Origin: Chiloscyllium plagiosum
Taxonomy: Eukaryota
Assembly (NCBI RefSeq): GCF_004010195.1
Contig: NC_057719.1
Span: 40,996,969 to 41,049,014, forward strand
DNA length: 52,046 bases
Direction: 5' to 3'
Shown here: in pieces, positions 23,979-37,239 of the stretch
Position numbering within the stretch: the stretch's first letter is position 1
How the letters are laid out: the number at the start of each line of letters is the position of its first letter
The notes under the pieces: model-generated
Database searches by the model: none
What the model was told of the DNA's origin: nothing
What the model saw: the letters and a program-made list of their open reading frames with translations, nothing else
Made by a program: the position numbers and the translations under genes

Positions 23979-24055
23979 ATTGTACTCTATGCTACTTTCT
24001 CCCCACTCCCACCCTCCTCTAGCTTATCTCTCCACGCTTCAGGCTCTCTGCCTTT

Positions 24056-24091
24056 ATTCCTGATGAAGGGCTTTTGCCCGAAATGTCGATT
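24056..24091 (+). ncRNA. Minimal hammerhead ribozyme motif (core intact)
   Basis: CTGATGA(24060-24066) A GGGC TTTT GCCC GAAA(24080-24083) T GTC. Confidence 0.75.
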
Positions 24092-24892
24092 TCGCTGCTC
24101 CTTGGATGCTGCCTGAACTGCTGTGCTCTTCCAGCACCACTAATCCAGAATCTGGTTTCCAGCATCTGCAGTCATTGTTTTTACCTCTATTGTGGGTTGA
24201 CCTACAATGCAGGTAGGGAAGGAATTTTGACCCAATGACTGTGAAGGAACAGCAGTATATTTCCAAGTCAGAATGGTGAGTGGCTTGGAGGGGCATGTGG
24301 CTTGAAGGATATGGTCATGAGTTTGGAAGTGCTGTCGAAGGATTTTTGGTTAATTTCTGCAGTACACCTTGTAGATCGCACACACTGCTGCTATTGAGCA
24401 CCGGTGGTGGAGAGATTGAATGTTTGTAGATGTGGTGCCAATCAAGCGAGTTGCTTTGTCCTAGATGGTTTCAAGCTTCTTAAGTGTTGTTGGAGCTGCC
24501 TCCATCCAGGCAAGTGGGGAGTATTCCATCACAGTCCTGACTTGTGCCTTGTAGATAGACTGTTGATAGCAACACAGCCACTTGCAATTACACCTATGCT
24601 CAGCCAAAGCCTTGATGAAATTTCTAACTGACCCGCACAGGGTGAAATGCCAGGTAGTCGTAATGTCCTTTTGAATGGAAACTGAGTTCACAAAATACTT
24701 GAGCCAACATAATTATATTCATTTTTTAAAATAGTCTAGAGTAGAGCAATTTTGTTGTCAAGTATTTAAAAGTAACTACCCATTATTGGTTTTGAGTGAC
24801 AGCTGTAGGATATAAAGTAGTAAGAAACTGAGTGAAAACACTTTTTGTAATTAAGGATTTCCTGCTGGATGCACAAATGAACATGCAAACAT

Positions 24893-25560
24893 TTGAATTA
24901 TGAGCAGAAGTAGACTATTCAACTCCTCAGGCTTTCTCCTATATTCAGTTAGATCATCACTGGTCTGTTTGTGTTTTGAATTCCACACTCTCATGTACAC
25001 CTAACTTAACCTTTGTTTCTGCTGCTGAACAACAAGTATTTACCTCACCTTAAAACTAACAAATGAGCCTTTCTTCACTGCCTTCTGAGACAGAGAATTC
25101 CAAAAACTTGTATGAATTCCTCTTGGAGAGAAAAAAGCACAATTCCAGTGCTCTGTAGTTCTGGGCTCAGCCACAAGGAGAAACCACCTTTCAATATCTG
25201 GCTTGTTGTTAAGGATCTTTAATCAAATCATCCCTCAATCCTCTAAACTCCAGTGGAAACAAACCCAGCCCATCCAACCTTCGCTCAAGCCAACCTTCTC
25301 ATTCAATGTATCAATCTAGTAAACCCCTCTAAACCATTCCATTGCATTTATATTCTTTCTTATGTAAGGTACTAAAGTTGCACATCGTATTTAAGATGTG
25401 GTCTCACCTATGCCCTGTAAAACGGAAGTAACATTTTTATTTCCATGCTAAAAACATTTCTTGTAATAAACAAAATCATTTAATTGGCCTTTTTAATTAT
25501 TTGTCATATATTAATTCCAACATCTTGTGACACATGCACTAGAACACCTAGATCTCTCTG
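24893..25560 (-). mobile_element. Old CR1 3' fragment
   Basis: gagcagaagtagactattcaactc tail-type sequence; atgtggtctcacctatgccctg (LVRPHL motif on minus). Confidence 0.65.
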
Positions 25561-28500
25561 TTGGGGCCCTCCAAACTTCCAACAGCTATGAGGAATGCAG
25601 CACTGCCCAGTGCCCTCAGCAACCAGAGAATGGCCACTGACTACACAGGAAGAAAGGGACCAAGGTTGCAAGCTGTTCAATAATGGGACAGGAGTCCATG
25701 AGGAGGAGCAAAATTAGCTCATTCAACTTGGTCATTAGAAGGGATGAAAAGAAATCAACATGTGAGTATAGGGGAAAGCAATCTTGCAAAAATATGCCAA
25801 ATATATATCATGGATGTATTATATCGAGCAATAAATATCTATCCTCTTTGGTTCTTTGTCACATCACTTAGAATGTAGATGATTTATTTACATTGTGTTT
25901 TATTTATTTCATATTTATATTATATATTGTGGCTGAAAATCTTGCTTTGAAAACTTTGTTTCCATATAAATAGTTTTGATTTAAATAATGGCTTCCCAGA
26001 ATATATCTATGACTTAAAATGGGGCATTCCTTTATTGAACTGTCATTGATAATATTAGGATTGATATATGAACTTAAATCTAAAACAGTGTTGTGGAAAT
26101 GGATATTATTGACTTGCAGGAAAGCTTTAAAGTCCTATTTCAGCATGGTGTGATGAACTGAGATATGGTTATTTTGTGTTTATTTTAAATAAATGGCTCA
26201 GTTCGCTTGTTTCAGAGGGCTGTATTTTAAATATTTTAACAATGCTGCTTCCGTTTATCTGTCGATGTGCTACCTCAGTCATTGTCAGCATCACTTGAAA
26301 ATGCAAGGGCGTCTAGTACTCAAATTGCTCATTAATGCCTCTGATTGCTTGACGTCTATTGTCATTGGCTTAGCCTGTCACTTTCCCTTCCTCGGTCTCT
26401 TTTATTCTCTTAAGTACCTCATTATTCATCCCATTTTATACATTGCATCACATTTATCAGTCTCCATGCTTACTCCTCCAAATTCTCTTCTGTTTCTCAG
26501 GTCACTTTTTTTCCTCTCCCTAACAAAGCAATAACACGAAAAAGACTTTGCGGCCAAAGTGTTGCTCCTAATCTTTTTTTCTTTTTCAGTAAGTGTCCTA
26601 GAATTGCCTGTGTTGCCATCAACTCAAATTGCAGGCTGTTCTCTGTCAAAACAATTTTTGTTGCACTCCCTTCATGTTTTTTGCTGTTCAGTTGTTGGTT
26701 AACTCTTAATTAGAAGAAATTATCTTCAATTTTGCTTGTGTTTTATGTTGAAAATCTTGATGCTTTTGCTGAATATCCCTTTATATTCACAGGTCTTTTG
26801 TGGTGATGTTGGTGGTATGTATGCACAAGAGCTTTGCTATTTTTTTCGTTTTTAAAACATCATTTTTCCAAGCAAACTTTCATATGACATTAGCTTCCTT
26901 GCTAATTAGTTTAGCTGGTATCAATAAAACAAAAGGATCATGCTTACTCCCACCTTTGCTGCAAGTTTTTTTGCATGCAGTGATATAAACACGAAGTTTT
27001 GAGTTATAGGTCAAATCTCCACAAAAGATGGTTTTCTGAAAATTAGTGGGCCAAATCAATCATGATTACTGCATTCAATACATAATTCCATATATTTTTA
27101 TAAACAACACCATCCCTCTTCCACGTTTAACATGCTTTGCATGGGGCTTTGATTAGAGAATATGATGAAGGGAAATCATCCTGGATCGAAGATTCTATTT
27201 CCAGTTCTAATGGTATCTATACAATTTTTAAGAAAATAATATCCCAATAACAAATCAAATCAAATAATCAAAATAGTACTAAACGAGTCAATTCTTCATT
27301 CAATATAGAAAGGGCTTGTTGAATCAATTGTTGACAGTTGACATATTTAATATTTAATTCTTATTATTTTACACAATATTTATTAAACCAACTGTCAGTT
27401 CCTTCTCCAAATTTACTTCCAATTCATTTTATTTTGCAACGTGATTTAGTGCAGAAGGAAACATTTCAAATTTTATAATTGCTTAGCTCTAAGTAAAAAG
27501 GTAGATGTTCTTGTTGGTGCAATATTTTGCTAAACATGAAGGATAAGCAGAGAATCCATTTGCATCACTCACAGTTTCAGAATTAGCAGGTTAGGAGATA
27601 AGGTCTGACCATCTTCAATGACTGTTGACCTTTGCAGAGGTATGTTCACTTGTCCAGGGCATCTCTATGCCTTTGGTTAATCAGTGTTGCTTAGAATTGC
27701 GGAATTTCTTTGAAACTGTCGTAAGGTAATAAAGACAAATAACAGCAGAGAACCAGTCAAGAGGAAAATGCTCTGGGCTACTATTAAACTATTGCTTGCT
27801 GTCTGTCAGATAAATGCTCAAGAACTTTTAATGAGAAAACTCTTAAGGGAGTCAGACAAATTAGCCAAGTTGGTGTCATCCTTTTTACATAAATTATACT
27901 GTAATATTATAAAACCATAACTTTTATTGAAGCTAGGAAAATAAAGTAATAAACTACTTTGTATGTTTAAATGTAGATAAAATCAAGCAGCTGCATTTTC
28001 AAACCTTTCAAGATAATCTGTTTATAAAAAAAAGCTTTTAGAGGCTCAGTGCATTATTATTTACACTAAAAGCATTTAAAATGAAACATGATGCTGTTTA
28101 TAAGAATGAGTGAACCATGAAGTGAACTGAGCCTGGCTAATGTGATGTGGGACTCTAAAGGAGCACAGATTGCTCACTTTCTAGGAGTCAAACATTTTGA
28201 AGAATCTGAATAATGGTCCTTCACCCCATAAGGACTTGTATCATGTTTTAAAGGGATCCATTCAGTTCTGACCATGGTTCAGCCATTTGTATTAACTGAC
28301 CCATTTCATGAGATGAGAGTTTATTATCGAATATGAATAAGTTGCCATCTCAACATTCGCTGTAATAAATGCTGATGATCCTGAACGTCACCTTATGTTG
28401 CGAATGAAATTTTCATCTATATTATTGTCAATGGATTCTTTCTTCAAATGATTTAAAGGTCTTTGATTTTTATTGCCTTTTTTGTTCTTCACAGCAGCTT

Positions 28501-29474
28501 TACAATTCAGTAATTCTGCAGACCTACATCAAATGTGTCATTCAAATCAAATATCCAGTTGTTACATTCTGATTCTCCTGTCTTTCTGCCCTCCCTTACC
28601 TTACAAAGGGAAAAATGTGGTTTTCTCCTCATCCTTTTTTTTAACACAGGTTAGCTTTTTTTTGTCACAGGTTAGCCTGTTTGTTAAGACATTACAGATA
28701 ATGTATTTTACTGTGTGGACAAGTCAATGCAGAAAGGTCAATCACTATGAAAATCCACTCGATCAAATAGTGAGTGTGCCGAATGCATTGTATTCTGCCA
28801 CTGAACAGCAATGCTGAGTATTCAGAATGCTGATTAAATCAGAACATTTAAGATTGTTTTGCATGCAGGTGCCAGGAGCAGTTGAATCAAGCTGCCACAA
28901 AAGACCAAATTACTGATAGACTGAAACCCTGGTGCTCTAATTTAAACACACATAATCAGAAGAGAATTTGGAAGAGACAGTTATACCGTCTTACAGGCTC
29001 TGACTCTCTGGTTATTAGCCACAAGGTATTATCATAGACATTAACATATGTTTTCCAAATTGCTGATTCTCATTAAACACTATCCACAATTTAAGCAAAA
29101 AAATACAAAGGCTTTAAAATTAATAATTCCCACCCTCACCATTAAATTGGTTCACTTTCATGTGCTAATTGCTACTTTCCTGTATCATAATGGCAATCCA
29201 GCCTGGCATTGTAAAAACACAATCAAATCCAGTCTCTGTTAAATGGGTCCTTCTTACTGTAAAGAAGGAATGAAGTTTCTTATTTGTAAACAGGGTTTCG
29301 ACAGAGAACACACTTCTTTGAGAAAAAGAAGATGTAACATTTTGTTTAATCTGAAAATTACATTTTATCCCACACCTCTTGCTCTGAATGTTCCATTAAT
29401 GTTAATATTTTCCTTTGGTTTCTACAAAACAATGAAGAAGCAGACTTTAAAAAGTTTATTTATGATAATGGTTT

Positions 29475-29915
29475 CTTGGGATGTGGTGGTACCATTTCCA
29501 CCTCTGAACCAGAAGTCCTGGGTTTAAGTCCCACCTGCTCCAAAGGTGTGTCGTAAGACATCTTACGGATTTATTAAAAATACCCAAATGGTGATAAGAG
29601 AAATTATACCTGATAGTGCAGCAGGTAAATACTGTAGGCTAGGGAGGTCTTGTGATGGAGTGGGCAGCTTCCCTACCTCTGGGTTTGAGTCAACCACTGG
29701 AACTTTATAGCCACAGAGAATGTATCCATAATAGTTTGACTATCTACCTGAAAGTCATTGCAATAATCCTATAGCAGGCAATAAGAGCAAAAGAATATCC
29801 TGGTTAGCCAATACCTGCAGAAGGTAATGGGAAACCATTGCAGTACCTTGTCAAGAATAACCATGGACCAACACATGGAAGTCCTTGCTAACCAGTGCTC
29901 TACATGGGGCCTGAA
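29475..29915 (+). mobile_element. Decayed tRNA-SINE fragments (two head-like segments and an RTE/BovB-like tail)
   Basis: cctgggtttaagtccc B-box-like segment; gtaatgggaaaccattgcagtaccttgtcaagaataaccatggac. Confidence 0.45.
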
Positions 29916-30077
29916 ATACCAAGATCCTTGATCTATTCTGTTAATTACATATTAATTGTATTTTGTTTGAATGCAGGATCTAATGAAGTTATGATTTGGA
30001 GGTGCTGGTGTTGGACTGAGGTGTACAAAATTAAAAACCACACAACACCAGGTTATAGTCCAACAGGCTTAATTGGA

Positions 30078-30114
30078 AGCACTAGCTTTCGGAGCACTGC
30101 TCCTTTATCAGGTG
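30078..30114 (-). ncRNA. Minimal hammerhead ribozyme motif of the second PLE family (one core substitution)
   Basis: Reverse complement: CAC CTGATAA A GGAGC AGT GCTCC GAAA G CTA GTG. Stem I CAC/GTG, 5-bp stem II, palindromic AGCU stem III, G8-to-A change. Confidence 0.75.
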
Positions 30115-30487
30115 GTTGTGGTGGACGCAATTGTAAGACACAGAATTTATAGCAAAAGTTTACAGTGTGATGTAACTGAAATTATACATTGAAAAATACC
30201 TTGATTGTTTGTTGAGTCTTTCATCTGTTAGAATGACCATGATAGTTTCACTTCTTTCATATGTAAATCACAAAGCTTTTTTTAAAAGTTACTTTCTCAG
30301 GTTAACTGTAATAATTGGTGTCAGCCAGATAATATGTTGAAGGTATTAGCCCCTGTGCCCCGTCTGTGCCATAATGTTCAGACTGATTCTAATCTAAAAA
30401 GTGAGTTAACAGAGTCTTACATGGATTCATGCAGTTTTTGAGCAAAGTACAATGTAACTCTGCAAGTACAAATTCACCCCACAAACG

Positions 30488-30656
30488 TATATGTATATGT
30501 GTGCATGTGGGTTTGTGTGTGTGTCTGTCTGGGGTTGGGGGTTGTGAGTGTGAGAGAGAGTGTATATGTGTGTGTATGTGAGCGTAGAGTGTCTAAGTCT
30601 GTGAGAAGGTGCATGCGTGAGTGTGGGAGTGTGTGTGAGTGTCTGTGTGTGTATAT
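30488..30656. repeat. Imperfect (TG)n/(GA)n tract inside the PLE 3' region
   Basis: gtgtgtgtgtctgtctggggttgggggttgtgagtgtgagagagagtgtatatgtgtgtg... Confidence 0.8.
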
Positions 30657-31044
30657 AATGCAATGGTGGTCACCTGTAGTGTGACATGAACCCAGGGTCC
30701 CGGATGAGTTCCTCCCTATGGGTACGGAACTTAGCTATCAGCCTCTGCTCGGCCACTTTTTGCTGCTACCTGTCCCGAAGTCCGCCTTGGAGGATGGTCA
30801 CCCGAAGCTCCGAGGTCGAATGTCCTGGACCGCTGAAGTGTTCCCCAACTGGGAGGGAACCCTCCTGTCTGTTGATTGTTGTGCGGTGCCCATTCATCCG
30901 TTGTTGTAGCCTATGCTCGGTTTCCCCAATGTACAATGCATCAGGGCATCCTTGCCTGCAGCGTATAAGATAGACAACGTTGGCTGAGTCACATGAGTGC
31001 CTAATGAATGTTTTCATTTTACTTGCCTTCACCAGAGTCTCATG

Positions 31045-31550
31045 CAGTACATTCCCTGTCCAAACTAATCATCATGTAAAAACACTTTTCATCATATTCC
31101 TTTTCCTTCTTTTGCCAATTATTTAGAATCTCTACCTTCATGTTCTCAATTGTTTCACAGTTTCTCCTTACATATCTGTCTGTTTCTACATGGAAAGCAG
31201 TTCTAACTTCTCCAAATGATCTTATAGTTGAAGCTCCTTAATCCTGGAACCAATCTCATAAGTCTCTCCTGCACCGACTCTAATATCTTCACATCTTTTC
31301 TAAAGTGTAGCACCCAGATCTACATATAAGGCTACAGCTGAGTTCAAACTGCTGTCTTTTAACCTCCTTGCTCTTGTAGTTTAAGCATAGAATGCTGCTA
31401 TGTTTTACTAACTGCACTCTCAACCTGTCTTGTCATCTTCAATGCTTATGCACATATACAATCAGCTTCATTTTATCCTCTAACCCCTCTGTATCCTTTA
31501 TTTTATACCATCATTCCTTAGTCTTCCTAGCAAAATGTATCACCTCACCT
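31045..31550 (-). mobile_element. Old CR1 3' fragment
   Basis: catcttttctaaagtgtagcacccag and ctctcctgcacc (W(A/S)PxFRKD / RVQER-like region on minus). Confidence 0.55.
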
Positions 31551-32231
31551 GTCCTTCACAGTGTTTGCAATGATTTGTCAGCAAGCAAGAGGTCATTTTA
31601 TTAGATCTCTGTGTGAACCTTGAGCTTTTGCAGACTGCCATCTGCTCTGAACTGAATATGCCTTCTTATCTTAAAACATTTGAGTGCACACAAAGCATGG
31701 TTGACCTAGAGCTAATAGGCAACATTTTTGTGCCGTTACTGTATACAGGAGACATATTGAGGTACCATGCTTTTGGAAATGTGTAGGTAATCCTGGTCAT
31801 CTTTTACAAGTCCAGAGCTGCAGCTAATTATTTGCGTTCATGTTAACACCATTCCTGATCCAATTTGCAGTCTCTAATCTTTTCAGGGTCCTTACCTCTC
31901 TCCTTTGTTGCAACAGACATTCTTCTTTCACAAAGTCTCCCATTCGAATGGATCTTTATTTGAAAGGGATTAAGTTAGTTATAATTTCTAGCGACTTTTA
32001 TGAACGTTCATGGATTACTATGTTAAAGCCCATTACCAGGTCAATGAACAGCATTTAAAGGTCATTGTTATTTCCAATGGATTTTTCTTGAACTAGATTT
32101 ACTGTAAATATCATGTTGATCATTCTTCTTCAAAAAGGAAAGCCATTCACTGACTCTATAAGATAAATGACAGTCCTGTTGAGAGTAATACTTGCGTGAT
32201 TTATTTTTCCCAGTGAAACATTAAATTGTTT

Positions 32232-32426
32232 CTTTACTACAAAGGGCTGTCAAGGCTGCGTTGTTAAGTGTTTTCAAGGCAGAAATAGACAGATTTCTAA
32301 TCATGAAGGGAATCTGGATACGGCAGGAAATGGAAGTTAAAGATGATCAGATCATCTCATTAAATGGTGAAGTAGACTTGATGAGCCAAATGGCCAACTT
32401 CTGCTCCTACATCTTGTGGTCTTATG
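32232..32426 (+). mobile_element. CR1 3' end fragment
   Basis: FKAEIDRFL; gatgagccaaatggccaacttctgctcctacatcttgtggtcttatg. Confidence 0.75.
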
Positions 32427-34371
32427 AGCTTGATTCCTTTCTATTTGTAAAGGTGAGTCTTAGAAACATCATTCATTCTGAAGATTGTTAAAGTGCTCTG
32501 CCATAGAAGGAATCTTATATAGGTTCTTCAGACACTGATTGCTGTCTGCAAGGAGGATGGTAATTGTAATGTTGTGATATGCCCAGATCTGGAGTGAGGT
32601 TCCCCAGTTCATTCAAATTCCAAATAGGATACTGAAAACTGATCAGCTCCTCACTGAGCAGGGATGAACTGGCATCCCTTTCTTATTCTCCTACACCCCT
32701 CTGTTGGTTGGTTGCAATAACATTATTTTTAAAAGTATCCTCTCCTTTCTCCAAAACCAATTAACTTATGCTTTATAAGGAGTCAATTTAGTTAGGCTTT
32801 CTCAAACTAACAAAAAGAGTGAGCTTATTAATTATTAAATGTGAAAAGAAATACTAACAGAACACACCTGCATGCAAATTAGAAATTAGAAGTGAGTCCA
32901 AAGGATTAGCCTCTGAATTGTTCACAAAGAATGGCTATGTAGTTGTGATTGTTGCAGTAGAGGTTAGCAGTAGCATTGATGTTGGTAGCTGAACAATCTA
33001 TCTCATGATCTTTAGTTTTGCAGATTGAGCTTCTGTATTTCTCATTCCTCTAAACTGTGAATAATTTTCAGAGGGCGAGAGAGAATCTTTTGCTGTCCTG
33101 TTTCATTACTTAACTGGTTTGCAGCAGTTGGAGTGCGAGAAGGTCTTTATCTGTAACACAGAGGTCATTAGGTGATAGTTCTTTGACTGAGATCTTCATA
33201 GCATGATAATGCTTGAACCCAGGATAGTATACATGAGAACCTTTGGTCCCACTAACACACTCCAGTAGAATTAAAAACTGGGCTTTGTGTGTTCTTCAAA
33301 GGGGAAAACACAAAATGTGCAGTTTGGGACATAACCTGCAGATGGTGGAGAAAGGTTCATCAGTCCCTTGTTATTTTTGTATTCATAAGAGATTACAGTC
33401 TAGTTTGTTTGAATCTGCCTCTTCTTTTGTGTTGAGTTTTGATGGTTTTCCCATGCATCTATAAGTGTGAAATTCTGTGGTCTTTCTCTTCTCAGACAGC
33501 TACTTAATTAACCTGGGTAGCCATTTTTGTCTGTATCAGTTCTCTTTTAAAAATGTATTTTGGAATTAACAATATAAAGATCTACAATGCTTCACTGCTC
33601 TAACCCATAGTTATCACAATGTTTTTGGAAGTGTAGATAGCAGACCTTCACGGACAGCCATCAGGTTGTGCTTCCTCAGGCTCTACCATGTTTTTCTCCC
33701 ACAGCTTGTTCTTTCAGTCCTCACTTTCTCCTAGTTGATCTTTCTCTCTCTTAGTTTGGTCTGTAGTTGATGTTCAGCTTGATGGTTTTTCTCTTGCTGG
33801 TGCTACTTCTGTCAGGCCAGACGTATCTGTGAGATTGTGCACATGATCTAATAGCTTGATCTATGGCTTAGTTAATCTGATCAAGCCAATCTTGGCACTT
33901 GCGTTTGATTATTGACGTTGTTCTGAGTGATATCTCCTAACTTCTTCCAAGAATCCTCAATTTCTATTTCATCTTTTGGGATACTGGCAAAGTCTATGGT
34001 TGATTTTTGTTCTAGTTCCTATCTCTTGATTGAGTTTTTTTAAATCATTGTGTCAAGCTTCCTTCATATTTGACTTTCTGTCATAGCATTTTTGGCATTA
34101 TTTCCAAATATATGATGCTCCTGACAACTTAATAATCGGACCAACATACTGTCAAAGAACATGCCCCTATAACAATACTAAAATTTTGTTTGTTTGGTTC
34201 TGAGTTATGTGCTTGTAATGTATAACTCTATAAATGTCAAAAGATTGGTATAAGTTTTAACCATTAACAATAGGGAATAGAACCATAACCCAATTTTGTG
34301 CTAATGCCCTGTTATGCTACACCCCAGTGATACCATCCACACATACCATGTTAGATATTGTATGTCATATA

Positions 34372-34565
34372 ATCATAGAGATCGACAATGCAGAAAAAGA
34401 CTATTTAGCCCATTACATCCATGGCAGTCAAAAACAACTAACTAACTATTCCAATCCAATTTTCCAGCACTTGGCCCACAGCCTTGCATGCCTTGACATT
34501 GCAAGTGTATTGTCTAAACACTATATAAATGTTATGAGGATTTCTGCCTCTATCACCCTTACTGC
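34372..34565 (-). mobile_element. CR1 3' end fragment
   Basis: atcatagagatcgacaatgcagaaaaagactatttagccca; similar to the reverse complement of 39270-39700. Confidence 0.6.
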
Positions 34566-35120
34566 TGACTAACCCAGCTGGACTGCAACACCATTTCACT
34601 CAAGCCTTTCACTGCCTCTGTGTTTGTCAGACATTTATCTCTGGATGAACCTAACTTTCCTCCAGTTAATTTTCATTAAGATGAGGCTGTGAATTGGCCC
34701 TCACTGCATTCTCTAACAGTCAATTTTATTCTCCTTCCTCAGGCATTGTCTTAAGGTGACCATGTGAAAATTCAACATTCTCTTTGACACTAAGTTAAGC
34801 ATCTGGTACGATATCCTTTAGGTCACAAAGACAGTCTAGAGATTAAACTCTAAACTTTCCTCCCCCAGTGTCTCCATCTCTCTTTTTCCTCCTTGGATGC
34901 TTCTGCTTTTACCAAGCTCCCGGCCTCCTCTCCTAAAGCCACTGCCTTTAGGTCTAATTCCTCTCCTGGGCAGAACCTGGAGATGTTTCATAACATTAAG
35001 GTGTTTCCTGTATGGAAAGCATTGTTGTTGTAAGTTAGTTGATCACAGTTAGGGCGGGAGCAAAAGTGTTACAGTGCTCCTAAGCTAGAGAAGAGGCAAA
35101 ACAAAACCCAGCTAAATTTA

Positions 35121-35453
35121 TCATAGAGTTACATATAGAATCATACAGCATGGAAACAGACCCTTCGGTACAACCAGTCCATGCCAACCGTAATCCCAAA
35201 CTAAACTAGTCCCACCTGCCTACACGTGGCCCATATCCCTCCAAACATTTCTTATTCACAAACTTATCTAAATGTCTTTTAAAAGTTGTAACTGTACTGA
35301 TATTCTTCTGGAAGTTCATTCCACACACAAACCACTCTGTAAAAAAATTGCCCCTCATGTCTTTTTAAAATTTTTCTCACCTCACCTTAAAAATATGCCC
35401 CCCCCCCCCCCCCCCCGTCTTGAAATACCCCACGCCAGGAAAAGGCAGCTATC
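35121..35453 (-). mobile_element. CR1 3' end fragment
   Basis: catacagcatggaaacagacccttcggtacaaccagtccatgcc; poly-C at 35398-35416. Confidence 0.8.
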
Positions 35454-36004
35454 ATTATTAGTTAACGATGTAGACTGAAAGTGCATACATGTTAATTTTG
35501 TGTCAGGACAGGTCTGGACTCCATTGCAATGTTGGCATGGTGAAGGGCTCATCAATACTCAAATGATGGTGCTGTTAGAAATAATCTTTTGGGTAAAAAA
35601 TCTAAGATCTACTGTGCAAACATATCTAGGCATCAGTCAGTACCTTCTGGAGAGGAGAAGAGGGTGCAAATTGGAAGGAAAAACAAAATAGATGGCGTAC
35701 AGTTAAAGTTGTTTTTATGTTTTTATCCATATATTGATCAAATCACTACCAACGGCTTCAGTCATTACAAATAGTGTAGTACACAGGATGATATTGACTT
35801 CATTGTTATTGCTGGGTAAGAATGAAATCAATCATTACTTTCTGCTTTCGCAATGAAGACAATCAATTTAAATTCCAGCTTGCTTTAATCTCTGTAATTG
35901 ATTTTTATTTTACAGATCAGCAACTACAGATCTGCTTTTGTCTCCTTTTCTGAGAAATATTTCCTGAGAATATTTGTCTCCCCTGTCTATCTTTTAACAT
36001 GACA

Positions 36005-36250
36005 AACACTTGCATTTATATAGTGCCTTTGATAACCTTGGTACTATGTACACCCAAAAGTGTTTTACGCCAATTTTGAAGTGGGCAGTTACAGAGCAGT
36101 AGGGAATAACGCACCTGCGTATTAATTATGCAAACTGTGCAGAGTAAGGTACCACACATAGCAGTGGTGATTATGATTAGATAATCTGTTTTAATGATAT
36201 GCATGAAGGAGAAATATTTGCCAGGGCAGTTTAACAAAAAATACATACTT
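36005..36250 (-). mobile_element. Old SINE 3' part with L2-type tail (DeuSINE-like)
   Basis: cttgcatttatatagtgcctt...cacatagcagtggtgattatgattagataatctgttttaatgat. Confidence 0.55.
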
Positions 36251-36794
36251 GTGGGAGACGATTATTCCAATATCTTAATCTCTTAATCTTGAACTGCTGA
36301 AAGTATGTGCAATAGCAGGAAGTTCCCCATTAGTTTGTAGAATTGCAGGGAATTTGCTTCTGCTGTCTAAAGTTGGCAAATTGTATGTTTTATTTTTTCC
36401 TGACTTCAAGGAGTTTAGCCAGACACTCCCAGTCAAGGGCCAGTATTTACCATTCATTTTGGTTGAACAGGGAGATTGAAAAAGGCACCACAAAGTAGTG
36501 CAAACTGTTTACTAATATGTAAATACTATCACCCTTTAATGGTTTCAACTCCATTGCGAGCTGACCTCAGTCACAAGTACTTCAATAACAGCTCACATCA
36601 TCTCCTCCGTTTGATTATTGACATGTAACTATGCCTGGAACATTGTCATTGACTGCAAAGGATGTCTGCTCACATTGAAGTGTCTGACGGGCCCCCTGCA
36701 TCATGTGACTTGAGCTGACCTGGTGCAACATGAGGACCTCAGAGCAGTCCTTCCCACATCTTATTTGATTGAGATTCTGTTTGGATTCTTTAAA

Positions 36795-37238
36795 ATGTCA
36801 ATCTATCCTTTCTTAAATGCCGGGTCCAAAACTACACACAGTATTCCAGGTGGAGCTTAATCAACATCTAGCTGTGACAAGACTTTCCTGTTTTTAAACT
36901 CCCAAACCCTGAACAATAAAGACCAAAATTCTATTTGCCATCTTAAGGATGTGCTGCACCTGTATTCCAACGAGTTATGTTTCATGCATAAAAAGACCCC
37001 GAATGGTTTGCACTGTACTTCTTTTGGAGTCTCTGCCTCTGTTTAAATAACAGCTCGCTTTTTGAATTTTCATACCAAAGTGCACAATTTCACAATTTCC
37101 TGTATTAAACTCCAGCTGCCAAATTTTACCCGATCAGTCTAGGCTATCTATATTCACATGCAGATTCTTTATACCCTCATCACAACATGCCTTCATCACA
37201 GCATGCCCTCCTACCTATATTGTATCATCGGCAAATTT
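36795..37238 (-). mobile_element. Old CR1 RT fragment
   Basis: tgtatcatcggcaaatttt (KFADDT on minus); aactacacacagtattccaggtg (HLEYCV on minus). Confidence 0.75.
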
Positions 37239-37239
37239 T

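Larger units (their letters stand above)
22847..24185. mobile_element. PLE with 5' inversion (RT fragment on minus 22847-23320; linker, EN region and tail on plus 23321-24185), spanning the N gap
   Basis: Minus part is homologous to about 6255-6730 (LRYIDDCIG, KPTDSHSYLDY, IPYSQFLR). Plus part is homologous to about 6715-7000. Tail with hammerhead at 24056-24090. Confidence 0.9.
22780..24560 (-). mobile_element. CR1/L2-group LINE 3' fragment interrupted by a PLE
   Basis: Tail at 22780-22846, resuming at about 24187; ORF 24461..24691 IYKAQVRTVMEYSPLAWMEAAPTTLKKLETI. Confidence 0.8.
29988..31000 (-). mobile_element. Second-family PLE 3' fragment (GIY-YIG plus CA-rich 3' region and terminal repeat) with 8-bp TSD
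   Basis: ORF 30766..31032 CDSANVVYLIRCRQGCPDALYIGETEHRLQQRMNGH...VGEHFSGPGHS; CTAATGAA at 29980-29987 and 31001-31008. Confidence 0.92.

Noticed and set aside
23504..24022. 172-aa ORF
   Set aside because: Mostly X residues from the N gap; artefact
22842..24191. CTATT as TSD of the PLE at 22847-24185
   Set aside because: Only 5 bp, and the host LINE appears deleted at the site; may be chance or microhomology
27638..27725. Exon-like segment with AG and GT borders
   Set aside because: Two frames closed, and the third gives no recognisable peptide
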